From positions 124,001 through 188,000 of the forward strand of contig RDEW01000040.1 in the NCBI GenBank assembly GCA_011109175.1: DNA of 64,000 nt. Reading direction: 5' to 3'. Both the position numbers and the translations under genes were made by a program. Below are positions 49,553-62,139 of this stretch, piece after piece. This DNA is from Dicyema japonicum (Eukaryota; Animalia; Dicyemida). Within the stretch, counting starts at the first letter, position 1; each line of letters opens with the position of its first letter. Below the pieces are notes generated by a model. That model searched no databases, was not told the origin of the DNA, and saw only the letters and a list, made by a program, of their open reading frames with translations.

Positions 49553-51724
49553 CAGGGATTCTCGACGGCTGTTCAGCGGGCCGCATGCGGCCCCAGGATT
49601 TTGGTGTGGCCCGCTTAAAACTATAAAAAAATATTACATATTTTACATAATGCAGCCGGATTTTAACTGTGCTTTTTCTTTCTGTTTGTTTCGTACAATA
49701 AACTTTTTATGGTTAAAAAATTTTTACATATTTTAACTATTGTTTTTAAATTAATTATTTTTTGTATTAAATTTTAATTAATATTGCTTGTGATATCTAG
49801 AAAACGTGATAATAGAAGTAGAATACTTCTTCAAGAAAATCGTGAATTTAATCACGAATGAGAGGAAAAATTTTTCGTTTTTGAAGAAAATGGCAATGCA
49901 CATTGAATGATTTGTCATTTTGTTATAAGATGTCTTAAGTTATATAATGTCGAGAGGCATTATATGAAACATTCTTCAGAATATGATTCATTTCAAGGTG
50001 AATCAAGAAAAATCAAATTTCTATCTATGAAATCAAATCGCAAACTACAAACCACTTTGTTTAAACAGCCCATGTCATCAAGATCCGCTACAATAGCTTC
50101 TTTCAAAATTTGTCATCTACTTGCAAAAAATATGAAGCCGTATTCAGATGGAGAATTTATTAAGCAAGCTATCCTTATATTTACTGAAAAATGTTGTTCT
50201 TCAGAAATTAAAAAAATGTTATAAACTTATAGCTAAGCAACGATACAGTTACTCGGAGAATTGAGAGAATATCTGACGATATTCAATGCCAGCTACTCAC
50301 TGAATCCAACTTTTTCGTACACTATTCTATTGCTCTTGACATCACTAAAGATATTAGTGATACAGAACAAATGGCTGTGTTTATTCGAGGTGTCATGCCT
50401 GACTTCAAAATTTATGAAGAATTTCTCACGCAACGTAACTTTCATGGTTCTACTAAAGGAGCTGATATATTCCGTGAATTTCGTGATTGCCCTGAAAAGG
50501 CACATTTGGATCTTTCAAAAATGTTTTCAATTGCCACAGATGGATGTCCTTCTATGGTTGGATGGAAAACTGGGTTTCAAGGTCTCGTAGCTGGATGGCG
50601 AGTAGATGATGAGTTGAGTCCTGTGATTTGGAATCACTGCATACTACATCAAGAAAATTTAGCTGCAAAATCTATGAAAATGGACCATGTAACAGAAACG
50701 GTCATTTCAATCGTAAATTTTATTCGCTCTCGTGTTTAAATCACCGCAATTTTAAGAAATTTCTCGAGGATGTTGATGCTGAGTATGGAGATTTGCATAC
50801 AACCGTACGATGGTTGAGTCGGGCAGCATGTCTAAAAAGGTTGTATAAATTTTAAATAAATCGCATTTAGATTTTATGACCTTCTCCCGGAGATTATAAA
50901 TTTTATTGACAATAAGATATTCTATCTTCAGCTTACTGATAAGGAGTGGATTGCGGATTTAGCATTTATGGTTGATATTTCTACACACCTTTCGATTTTG
51001 AATACTTCTCTGCAGGGTAAGAACAAACTATGTCATGAATTATACGGACTGGTTTCTGCATTTATCGAAAAACTACACTTTTTCAAAATTCAAATTGCAA
51101 GTAGAGTTACCATTCATTTTCCAATAACCACAGGGAAGATGGATCATATGAAAAATATACCTCTGTTATTAGTGACTTAATCGATGAATTCGAAACACGT
51201 TTTAATGATTTTAAAGAAGCTCTACCTATTATGAAAATATTTTCGTCACCTATGGAAACAGATGCTGCAACCGCTCCATATGTATATCAGCTGGAGCTAA
51301 TTGAAATGCAGGCAGATTTACAACTTACCGCGCTATTTAAGTCAAGTGAACTATTGGATTTTTGGAGTCGAATTCCACAATGGAAATATCCGAACTTGGT
51401 CGATAATGCTCAAAAAAATGCATCAGTCTTCGGATCAACATATGCATGTGAAGCTCTTTTCAGTAAACTTACGCGAATAAAAAGTAAGTATCGAAATCGA
51501 TTGACTGATGAACACCTAATTTAACTTTACGTACATCGTCTTCGAACTTTACTCCTCGTTTCGATAAAATAGTAGACGCCAAGCAAAATCAAGTCTCACA
51601 TTGATTCTCTTATTACGTAATAAAGCCTTTTTTCTTTAATCAAATAAAATATTTTTTGTGCGGCCCGCAAAGATACTCTTAATTATCGATTTGGCCCTTG
51701 AGCTAAAAAGGTTGGGAACCCCTG
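49553..51724 (+). mobile_element. hAT DNA transposon, Buster/Charlie/SPIN-like, inactivated
   Basis: Termini CAGGGATTCTC and GGGAACCCCTG; 8-bp TSD ATATAGAT (central TA). Transposase motifs KPYSDGEFIK, ATDGCPSMVG, HCILHQE, VRWLSR, FGSTYACEALFS and QNQVSH*, with stops and frameshifts. Confidence 0.93.
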
Positions 51725-51872
51725 ATATAGATAATGGTTTGTGTGAACTAGAATGAGAAGGAAAAGTCAAATAAACAAACAGGTTGAATATAAAGTCAGT
51801 CTCGATGTCCACGTGTTTGATTATAGTCAATAAATTAAAGTTTAGTGCATTAATTATGTTAATTTGTGTTAA

Positions 51873-53553
51873 CTACCAAATGAATCCTAATCGAGAGTAT
51901 GTATTTCCTTGGGGTTGCTGTTCAGTAAATTGAGACTGATTTTCAGTTTTCACCTGCTGCATTGGGAACACGTTTAACCCCTCTTTTCTCTTTTCCTCGA
52001 TAACCTTGAAATAACTCAGACATTCACCTCTTTCGCATACTTCTGGAATTCTTTCTCTTCTTCCGCGAATCGGTTCAATGTAGTGCCCATGTGATTTCGA
52101 TCTCGTTCTACCTCCAATTGCTCTCTTTCTTTCCGTTGTTTCTATTGTAAATACAAAGTCAATACAATCAAAGTTTGGTTGAATTCATTAATTTCAGTCA
52201 ACTTTCTGAACCTCCAGTCTCCAAGTTCTCTCATTCTATCCGCATACTTTTTTCCGGCCTCTTTTGCCTTTTTCAACGAGGCTATATTTTCTTGAACCTC
52301 AGCCTCTCGGAGTTCCTCGTTCATTTGTTTCTGCATGTTTATACTCTGAGAACCTGTTCTTTTATGTGAGCTTGTATGCTCTTTAACATTTCTTGTTTTT
52401 GTTTATTTTCCTTTTCCGTTTTCTTTACAAATTTCTCTTCGCTTTCCTGAATTGCATTTTCCATTCTTTGAGTTTCCTCCTCCAAAATCTTTTGCATTTT
52501 GTCAGACATTTTTTCCTTGATCGCTTCCAGTTTTTCAACTTTTTCTCTAAAAATAAAAAAACTGAATTCTTTTTAATCTGTTCCACTTGCTCAGACCTCA
52601 TTTTCATCATCTTATCCTTCACCTTTGCATACTTTTGAAGTTCGACGTCTTCCTCGTAAGGATTACAATCAAGAATATCTTTATGTGAGCCTGTTTGAGC
52701 TCTTTAATTGATCTGTTGAACTCTAACTGCCTCGTATTGTCGGTAGCGATTTTTACACGTTTTTCAAAGGCTTCGTCCATTTTTCTCATTTCCGCCAGTT
52801 TGTGATTATCCGCTAGCTTTCTCAGAGCCTCTCCCTCGATCATGTCTTCATGCTTTAATGCTTTGATATACAACTCCTTCTCTTCCATTCTAAACCAAGT
52901 TAATGTTGGAATTACTGTTGTCTCAGAAAGTCTTGAGTTTCCAGGTTTTTCTTCATTCTATCTGAAGATTCCTGCTCTTCCCGTTCCTCGAAACACATAA
53001 AGGATCCGTCTGGAACAGGCGGCTGGAGTTTCTTGAGTTCCTTGAGTTCCATTTGCTTGTTTCTTTCATCATAGATTTCGGATAACATCAGTCCAGACTA
53101 CAATTAAATATTTTTTATCCACGTGAAAGTTCTTCACTCTATCTGTTTGGTAGAACATCGCTTTGTTTGCTTTATCTATCATCTCCCGTTTTTCTTTTGC
53201 GAGCTCCTCAGCCCAAAGACGGTCCTTTTCTTTCCGCCTGGCCTCTTCTTCGGCTTCCTTCCGTTCCAACCTTTCGATTTTACCCAGCCTTTTGTTCTGC
53301 AGTTAACCACATTTTATACTATCAAAGTGTTCTCCCAGCGAAGAGATTTGTCCTTAGACTTTTTTATCATTTCATTGCGCTCCTCCTGCTTTCTAAGACA
53401 GGTTTCCTTCTCAATCTGCTTCTTATTTATGGACTTTTTTATTCTACCAAGGTCACTTTTCGTTATTATGGTTATCTTTTTTAAGTCATCTAAGTTTGGG
53501 AATTCTTTATTTGTAATTAACAATTTACTTTGTGACATTTGATTTGTTTCCAT
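51873..53553 (-). CDS. CFAP210: Ciliary coiled-coil protein CFAP210/CCDC173-like (trichoplein-type domain)
   Basis: SLRWENTLI, IDKANKAMFYQTDRVKNFH|SGLMLSE, long E/K/R coiled coil and C-terminal GNTYSRLGFIW*; multiple mini-introns. Confidence 0.72.
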
Positions 53554-54202
53554 AGATTTAAGCAAATTTAATAATAAAATATTTATATTATTTATTATTT
53601 TTTTATTTTTTTGGAATTTATTGATCAGTTACTTTGGTGTTACCCTGGTCTTTGGTATTTTTTTATTTCATTAACTGCCCAACTATGTAAAAGTTTGCAC
53701 ACATCAGGCCTGTTCTGAACCCCGGGATCCGAAAAAGAACCTAGTTTCATATATAGACATGTATCATACTTTGCTCAATGTACAAAGTCATGGAGAGGTC
53801 AATACTATCGACATTTTCTCAGATATGTTATTTCAGCATGGATTCAAATATGAGAGATGAACGTTGGCCCACCCGTCATCCTTGTACAATTTCATATGCT
53901 TTTGGTTTTTGCCTGGACATCTGACTGCTGATGAGATGAATATTTTTTTTTAATTTTCGCTTCGAAGATCTGCGGTGCTGGACTTGAGGTGCGTTGACTT
54001 TTCACCTCGCCTCGAATATTCGTATATTTACTGTCTCTTGATTCTATCATTTTGCCCATCTGTACGAGAAGGAAAAGAAAAAAATGCACCTTGAAATTGA
54101 GACATTCGTGCTATAGAAGAAAGTCACCAGGGGACAACTAACTACTTGGATAACTGGGTTTTCTAATAAATTTTGATGACGCAGATGCTGAATCCAAATT
54201 GC

Positions 54203-54373
54203 GAACTCGCCTACAGTCGAGTTGTCCCCGAACATTTAGAGACTACGGAAAAATTAATGTCCAAAAATCTCATAGATTAAATATCTAGAAAATGTCATTA
54301 TACAAAAAAAATCAAGAATCATGCTGTCTATTTTATAGGCGAAGTCGGGGACAACTGGCCTGTAGGCGAGTTC
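54203..54373. mobile_element. Small inverted-repeat element (MITE candidate)
   Basis: gaactcgcctacagtcgagttgtccccga (54203) is nearly the reverse complement of tcggggacaactggcctgtaggcgagttc (ends 54373); AT-rich interior; no TSD identified. Confidence 0.55.
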
Positions 54374-54709
54374 TTCCCTAGCCAAATGGTTAATTGTAGA
54401 TCGCTCTAACTTGAAACCGTTCTGAAATTGGTGGAATAGTTTCTTTTATAAACACGTGACGTGCCTATCGAAAGATAAAATGTATTCTAAGCTTTCAGTT
54501 TACCAGAATTCAGATTAAATTTGAACTTCTGCTTTCATAAGATTTAGAACAGCCGTGACAAACCAATTAAAGACATTCAAGAACATTCAGGAACTACACT
54601 GAGTTCTCCATAGATCATGTTAAACTCAGTCTTGGAATGTTATATCCAATCTCATGGTTACTTTAGGTCTGAAACTCTGAGCGTTAAATCTAGAAATCCG
54701 ACGAGTCTA

Positions 54710-54945
54710 CGTGGCTTATGACTCAGAGGTCACCAGTTCGAATCTCGCTGCCGTCCAAATGGTTGAAGGTTCCACGCATCTACAATGCTTTGGAGTTTAC
54801 GAGTGACGCCGTCATCAGTGTCATCAATGCGGAACTGGATTATCTTCTGGAACACACAGAAAAAAAGAAAAGAACGACAAGAACACAATGTCTTGGGTAT
54901 GTCTTTGATTACTGTTCTTACTTCTTAAAACAAATGTGAGTTCTA
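54710..54945 (+). mobile_element. tRNA-derived SINE copy
   Basis: B box AGTTCGAATC and core gaaggttccacgcatctacaatgc..gagtgacgccgtcatcagtg..tgcggaactggat. Confidence 0.8.
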
Positions 54946-55744
54946 CCTAAAGTGGGTTTAAGTAATGGAAACATTACCTACCCCTTGCCGGGAGGGATGT
55001 GTTTTTTATGTGGATTACAGGGCCCAAGACAATCTCATTATTGAGATCCCTTTGGTCAAGAATTTCCAAAGTGACGAAATGGCTGTTCTGTAGGATCTTT
55101 CGGGCGGTTGTCAAAGGAAACAGCAGTCATTCCATTCTTTTCGTTGTAAAATGTCATCATCCTATTAACAGCCTCTTTTAACTCGAGGACCAACCAAAAT
55201 TATATTAAATAGAAAAAATTGACGTACTAGAAAGCTCAATGTTTAACTTGACCCCAATAAAGTTGTAGATTTTTCAAGACCAAAGGGTGATATAACCAGT
55301 TTCTAAGATTATCCTTATTGAGAAAAAGAAATTGACGTAGCAATAAATAAAATGTTAAAAATTCTGTCTCAATAAGTTCAGAGTGAATGTTTAAGATTAA
55401 GTTTATTCACACCTTGAAATATCTAGAACAAGTCTTAGGGGAGAACAACTTTGCTTTTAACCATTCTTTTAGTACTAAAATACACAAACTTATTCAAGTA
55501 ATCATCAAGTAAATTGAAATATATGGATGTTATTAATTGTAAAAACAGTGAAGGCATACATTCAGTCAGTGATGCTCAAAAACTCTCGAAAGTATAATCA
55601 TCGAATATAGGAATGGGATTAAGGTATCAGAGGATGATTTCATTTCTACTTCTAACAAACTTGTGCACTGACATGTGATTATTTTGAAGACACTACATTG
55701 TATGTGGGTAGAGGAGGGGTTGCTGATTCGTATGGAGAGAGATG

Positions 55745-57237
55745 CAGGGCTGTTGAGTCGGTAAAATATAGCACGACTCCGACTCCGTTCCGACTCCAAT
55801 TATTATATAAAAAATTCAGACGTTGTAAGAATAACAGAAAAAGAAAAAACATTAAGAAAAAAATTTAACTATTATTTTTTAGAAATAATATAGCTTCGAC
55901 AAGGTCTTCCTTCATAGAAGGTCTGATTTGATAAATTTTAGCCCAGAAAACAGCCTTTCTACGCTGACTTGTGTAGGAGGTAGAGCAAGAGAGATCATAT
56001 CTGAATTTTAATAGCTTCAGGGTAATACTCAATAAGATCATGAAGTGGTATTTGACAAGAACGATCGTATTGAAGTATCACATCAGCCCCGGAATCGAAT
56101 TCTTGTTTTAAAAGTAGCAATTTTGAATTCAAAGGTGGCCGGTTTTAATTCGTTTTGCACTTTCAATTTTGTTAACTAATTTTCGAAATCGTCATTCGAC
56201 GATGAGGAACTGGGTTCAATTTAAATGTCAATATTATATGAATTTGTATCCTCACATTCTTCTATGTTTTGTGATTCCAGTCTCTTGATTTTTAGTTCAA
56301 GGTCAAATAATCCCTTTTTCGCTCTATTTACCTGTTCATACGTTAAAAGCACTCAGTTCCTTGGATTAACATAGACAGAAGCTAACAGGATGTCACTGTT
56401 TAGCAATTGAGCTTCCTTGTTTCCCATTGAAACTGTAATTACTTTTGATATCAATCCTCCTCTTTTGGAATTTATATATATTAAATTTTTCCATTCCCAT
56501 AGAAGTGACCCACCTGTTAAATCTTCCGCCTGTAACCGTTTTGTAGTTTGGAAAAGAGCATATAAAACATATTCCAATTCTATAAGTTCTTCCCATTGCT
56601 TTTCAGTTAGTGAAATGTTTTGGTTGTCTTCGATAAAAGACTTTAATTCAATTAATCGACGAATCATAAGGTATGTGCTTCCCCAGCGTGTTGCCTGATC
56701 AAGTATAGCACCTTTCCCCGCTCTTAGTTGTAGAATATTATCAATCTTGGATGTACGTGCTGATACAGATATTTGTCGGCATATATTGATTATTCCTGTA
56801 ATATAAGGATCTTTTAAGCCATCTCAATTGTAGTGTGTACTGTACATCGAATGTGGTGAATTTGGCATATCATTAAAGCATCTTCAGTGATGTTATCTAA
56901 TATATCATCAGAATCATGATTTTCTTCAACATCTGTATCATTTATCTTGGCAATTCATTTTATCATGTTCGCAGCATTGTCGGTAAATATGCACAAATCT
57001 GTTCCTTCTTAATTTCATAATTTTCAAGAACCTCTTCAACCAATTTTTTCAGATGATTACTGTCATGGTGAGCTGCAGTGTCTTTAATGCTATTTACTCG
57101 TGTCGTGTAGTACAATCCATTTTAAATTAACTTTCCAACGAGGAGAGTTTTCAAATAGTTTTTTCTCTTATGGCTTTTTATCACTGAATCCGACTCCAAC
57201 TATACAAAAACCCCTCGACTCCGACTCCACAGCCCTG
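55745..57237 (-). mobile_element. Internally deleted hAT DNA transposon
   Basis: TIRs CAGGGCTGTTGAGTCGG and CCGACTCCACAGCCCTG; 8-bp TSD GAGAGATG; subterminal GACTCC repeats; transposase motifs FTDNAANM, ATRWGSTYLMIRRL and ALPPTQVSVE. Confidence 0.92.
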
Positions 57238-57479
57238 GAGAGATGGAATAAAGATTGGTTGGCAGTTAACTACTCTGAGAGAAGAATGATTTTCGACAGT
57301 TAGAATATATTGATAAATAGATATTTAACTTCAGGAATCCTTGCCCCACAAGCGGAAGATCTAGTCCGTCGGATCGACTTGATGATCCAGAAGGTCATCA
57401 AGGTCCACGTGAAACTCGATGGCTTCTAAAGCGTATCTAAATAGCTATTGTCAGAAGAAACAGTTTGGCGATTCAAGCT

Positions 57480-57830
57480 CCCGAGATTATGTCTAGTCGA
57501 TTGTACCACCCCCGGATGATCCGGTCCACGCTCTTCTCGAGATTGCGATTTATTGAAGGCTGTCTAGATCATCTGCGTCTTCTAATGGCATTTTAACATG
57601 TTTTAGATCGAAGTTCATTATTGATGGCAAAGTTTTTCGTGGCCTCCCGCTAAAAGCCCCTGAGAAGAGAAAGTATGATTCCATTAAATCATAATCAGGA
57701 ACGGCATGATTCATCCGTAATATGTGCCTAAATAATCCCCATCGGATCTTGGTAATAATTGCATTCATGTGCTCCGATTCGGAAGCTGTGTATAGGTCTT
57801 AGTTTTTGATAAGATTTCTCCAAGGTGTGT
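57480..57830 (-). mobile_element. RTE LINE 3' fragment
   Basis: RWGLFRHILRM..FSGRPRKTLP, homologous to 25689-26040. Confidence 0.7.
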
Positions 57831-58461
57831 TTTATACATATATATGCAATCTTAAAATATAGAATTAAAAAATTATTAGTAAAGTGTTCAAAGCTAATTA
57901 AAAATAAAAAAATGTCTAGTTAAAAATGGATGATAGCGTACATAAAAGTTAACCTGGATTCTCGTTGCTTTATGAAAGAAGATTCAAGATTTTAAAAAGC
58001 AGAAATTCAATGGGTTCACGTGAAACTAAAAAGTCCCAAAATGATAGGTTTTATTGTAACTAATTTTTTGCTTTCAAAAGTTAATGAGAATTAAATAAAA
58101 AATTCTTATCAGGTTGATCGGGTGGCTTGCAGGACTGACGAAGAAAGAGTCCAGAATGATACAATGGCTTTCCAGCTCTGGGTCATTTAAGGTAACTCCT
58201 ATTGCATGCTCAACGCCTGCAGGCAATAATGGAGCCCTTGGCTTAATAATTTGACTTTAACTAATTAACTTGTAAAATTATATTAATCGATAGCTATTGT
58301 CAAAGTAAACAGCCGGCGATTCAAAAACCATAGATTAACCGGTCTTTTAACCGTAAGTAGTAATTTGGTTATAAAAAAGTGAAATTTTTTTGAAGGTAAG
58401 TGATAAAAGAATAACCTTAAAGAGTTCATTATAAAATAAATAAACCAAAAATGTAATTATA

Positions 58462-61400
58462 TTATGAATAAAGAAGATTAATGAAAATATCTGCGACCCT
58501 CTGGTCTTCAGAACGGACAGACAACTCCGCAATAACATGATCACCATCCTCTCCACATTCCAACAGCAATTTTGCTATCACCAACAAATTGCTTCCCTTC
58601 AATGACCCAGCCATCATCAAGGTATGACTCATTTTTGACAAATCCTCAACTTTATCAGTGCCGTCGAATCCATAAAGTCCATAAAAACTAATCAACATAT
58701 CAACTCCCTCTACAACTCAAATTTACAAACCAACCGTTGATTCTCCTATGACCAGATAAACTAATCACTTCAACACATTCGTTTTCCTCTCCCAATTTGT
58801 CCCATGTTGTCTTGAAATTATCCCCAATGTCCGGTTGACACACAAAATCAGCAAAAGTTATAGACACCTCTCCAGCTTAAACAATTAAACAGTAAGCAAC
58901 CTCATATCTCTCAGGAGAACCCAAAATTTGTTCTTCACAGATTCCAAACCTAAGACAACACTTAAATTCAGCATTATCTACAGTCATCTTAATTCATACC
59001 ATAATCCTCACTAACGGTAGAAAATAGCAAGGAAACAAGTCCCGTATCATTTCCACATATTTTCTCAGCCTTTGCCTGTTTGATAACCTGATAAGTAGTA
59101 GAATGGATGGGACTGATCTCAACAAAGACATCTCCAATGTCACAGCCGGTCATGGTGTTGTCGATTTCAAACTAACATTAGGAATATAAACTACCACAAA
59201 GGCAATATATTCGTTATACACCAATTTACGGCATTTCACCACCAAATCAGAGTCATCATCACTCAGACTAGCAACAACGCGAGAGATATTAACAATCTCG
59301 CCTATTCCCTCATAATTGGCCTTGCAGTGCTCTAGAAAATAAACCTAACAAAAACCTTCATACAAATTCGAGGATTCAACAACGTCATAAAAAGATGGAG
59401 ATTCTATAGCCTCTCTCTGCGATTCAACAGAGCTTATGAATTTTTCGGGACAAAATTTCTCCCCATTCAGCGACGGATCAGAAATGTAGGTCACCAGAGC
59501 GTGCCTCAAAGGCTCCAATTTGAATTTAAGGGCTAAATGTTATAAATAATAGAACATAAACAATTTGGCTGACAGCCACACTTCAGTAAATAATGAAAGA
59601 ATGTAGCCCTGTCTCTAATCTCGTCATTCAAGTCGGTTATCAGTCTTAAATGTAAAAACAAAAAAAACCTTCCAAGAATGGTAATTATTGTCTCAGTCAG
59701 GTCACAACAGGCCATCCCAATCTTAGCCAATGTAGAAACGGCAGCTAAAATGACATTTAATGATACCAGCTCTGACATTATGGACGTCCAAAGTTATCCT
59801 GTTGTAGATAAACCTTATGAATCTGAAAGGATTCGGAGTACTCGGTGCCTCACAAGCCAGCAAGTACAATATCCTGCAAGTTATGCTGGTGTGATCACAG
59901 TCCTCAATGAACTCGCACAAATACAACAACCCTGTAGTTAATCAGTCAAATAACCGTTTTCCCGCGAAGAAGGATTCTCACGAATCATTTCGTGGATCGT
60001 GTTCACAATCGTAGTCTTACATTTAAAACCGCTCTAACACTAAAAGCCATAAACTACATTGCTTCTAAACATTTGAGTCAAAAACTTCATCAGTGACTTG
60101 TGTGTCCTCACATACTTCTTTGCCACATTTCTAAAATTACAGAAACGATGACTTTATCGAATCAATTATGATGGTCCTGAACTGATCGGGAATATCATGC
60201 ATCATTCCCCCCATTTTGTTCATCAACTTATCCACGTTGCTTTCAGGACACACCTAAACGTGGGAAATGACCATGCTTACCTTCAATAACACGTTGATAG
60301 CCAATGTTACAACACAGCGGTTGGGATTCGTTAAAAGTCCCTGAAGAACCTCAATATTCTTCCCGGAAATGTCCCCGTGTAATTCAATAGCCTAGGTAAA
60401 GATAACCTATCACTCGATTGAGAGTCTTCAAGGCCATAAACTTCACAGCTGCGTCTGAATCAGTCAAGTGACTGAAGAGGACACTCACAATCTGTTTAAT
60501 GTCCTTCATTTTGGTCTCCTCATTCAGTGTAGCACTATTCTTGTGTTCGAAGAACTCCACAAGGGCTGCAGTGGCCTCAATAACGACCATTTTCTTCTTG
60601 TTGAACATATTTTTGCTGACAAAGGAGTACAAATCACGATTCCTTAAATTAAAGTAACACGATTACTTTTCACTATAAAGTGACTGTTTGAGATGCTTAA
60701 CAGCCATTCTGATCTACACAGTCATCACAAGAACTCACGTTGTAGCATAAAGTGTAATGAAGAGCTGACTTGTTCTCAAGAATGTTCTGTACCACTGCCC
60801 CACTGTCCCTTATGTTAATTCTGTGCAAAAGAACGGCTGCGTTATACTGAAATGTTTAAAAATAAAAAACCTGCATGACCTTGTCGTTTGAGTTCCTGTA
60901 TATCTGTCGAATTGATAACTGCACTGACTTTGCCACGTCGGGGTAAATGTTGATCAGCTCGTTCAGCACAATTAAGGCATGACAGGTCTTGTGAGAGGAA
61001 TAGTTGTCGATCGACTGCTTAAAACTTCTCATCATGTTGGCAGACAAAAATAGGTCTTTCTGAAAAATTAAACCACCAATTTACCTCAAAAATGCTGTAG
61101 ACGACTCGAAATGCTGCAGAACTAACACCAGAGTTCTAGAATAATGGAAAAGCAAACTTTGTCAGCCATATCCTTGATAACACTAAATATAAAAAATATT
61201 CAAACAAGTTGTAAATGGCAATGGCCATACTCGGATCAGGCTTCAGCTCACGGACAGCCAAATAGCAAAGACGTCGAAATATGGGCTACAATTAGATATT
61301 AATTCAACGTCAGAGAATTTGAAGAGCTTTGTTATTGAGAAAAACGTGTCCAATGCCTCAGTCTCGTTCAATTTTTCACCCTATAATTAATAAAAGTCAA

Positions 61401-61617
61401 AAACGTGGTATAACGTGTAAATTAATCTCGACAAAATATCGCTATACATAGGGACATCGGATGACTTTATATTACCACTGTTACGGATCTAAGAGTGAGG
61501 AGATATAGTACGTCGTTCATTAGTGCATTCTTTGTGAACTGGTTGAAGGTAAACTCTAAAAGTCTTAAGAAGGATATTTATACTCTTTTCTTTAAAATTT
61601 ATTAGAGAATTGATCAT
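58462..61617 (-). CDS. COPG1: Coatomer subunit gamma, about 24 exons
   Basis: GEKLNETEALDTFFSITKLF, MVVIEAT, VKFMALKTLNR, LYLCEFIEDCDH, FIRFIYNR, AAVSTLAK, NDEIRDRATFF and appendage C-terminus HTLMMAG..LSVRSED; about 23 GT-AG introns of 22-29 nt traced by eye; one homopolymer indel near 58872. Confidence 0.93.
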
Positions 61618-61839
61618 TTTTTTGCTAGAAGGATCCAAATTAAATGATAAATTGCAACAAACGTCGAATGACAACGCACAAATTTTTTTTTAAATAAATA
61701 ATTTTATATAATTAATTTTGATATATTTCAATTACTAATAAAATTAAGGAATTGGTTTAAAGCTATTAAAATACATATTTTAGAAATTTAATTTATATGT
61801 GCAAATATGAATATCTGCAGTAAATAATACGTTTCTGCA

Positions 61840-62130
61840 AGGATGGTTGGCACAGTGTAATAAGTTCCGGGCCAAATATCAGGATGTTCCAAGTTCGAAT
61901 TGGTGCTGTCCAATTTGTGGAAGGTTCCACATATCTACAATGTTTAACTTGACGCCTTCATTAGTGAACATTTCACTGCGGAACTGGATCGTCCATAATG
62001 GACATACACCCAACAAAAAGAAAAATAATACGTGAAGAGCAGTCCTTGCTTATCCCTCTATGATTAGTTATAATAATTGTTCTTTACTTAAAAATAAAGT
62101 GCGTTCCTTCCTGAGCGAAGCTAAAGCTAA
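61840..62130 (+). mobile_element. tRNA-derived SINE copy
   Basis: A-box-like TGGCACAGTGT, B box AGTTCGAATT, and shared core and tail (gtggaaggttccac..ttcactgcggaactggat..ccctctatgattagtt). Confidence 0.8.
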
Positions 62131-62139
62131 TATGGCTCT

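Noticed and set aside
58300-58370. Homeodomain helix 3-like VNLWFLNRR on the minus strand
   Set aside because: No helices 1-2 upstream, wrong spacing and nearby stops.
3240-58880. Frameshifts in Rab7, EXOSC1, spinster and COPG as programmed frameshifting or RNA editing
   Set aside because: They are single-base gains or losses in G or T runs, typical of long-read consensus error; polishing would settle it.
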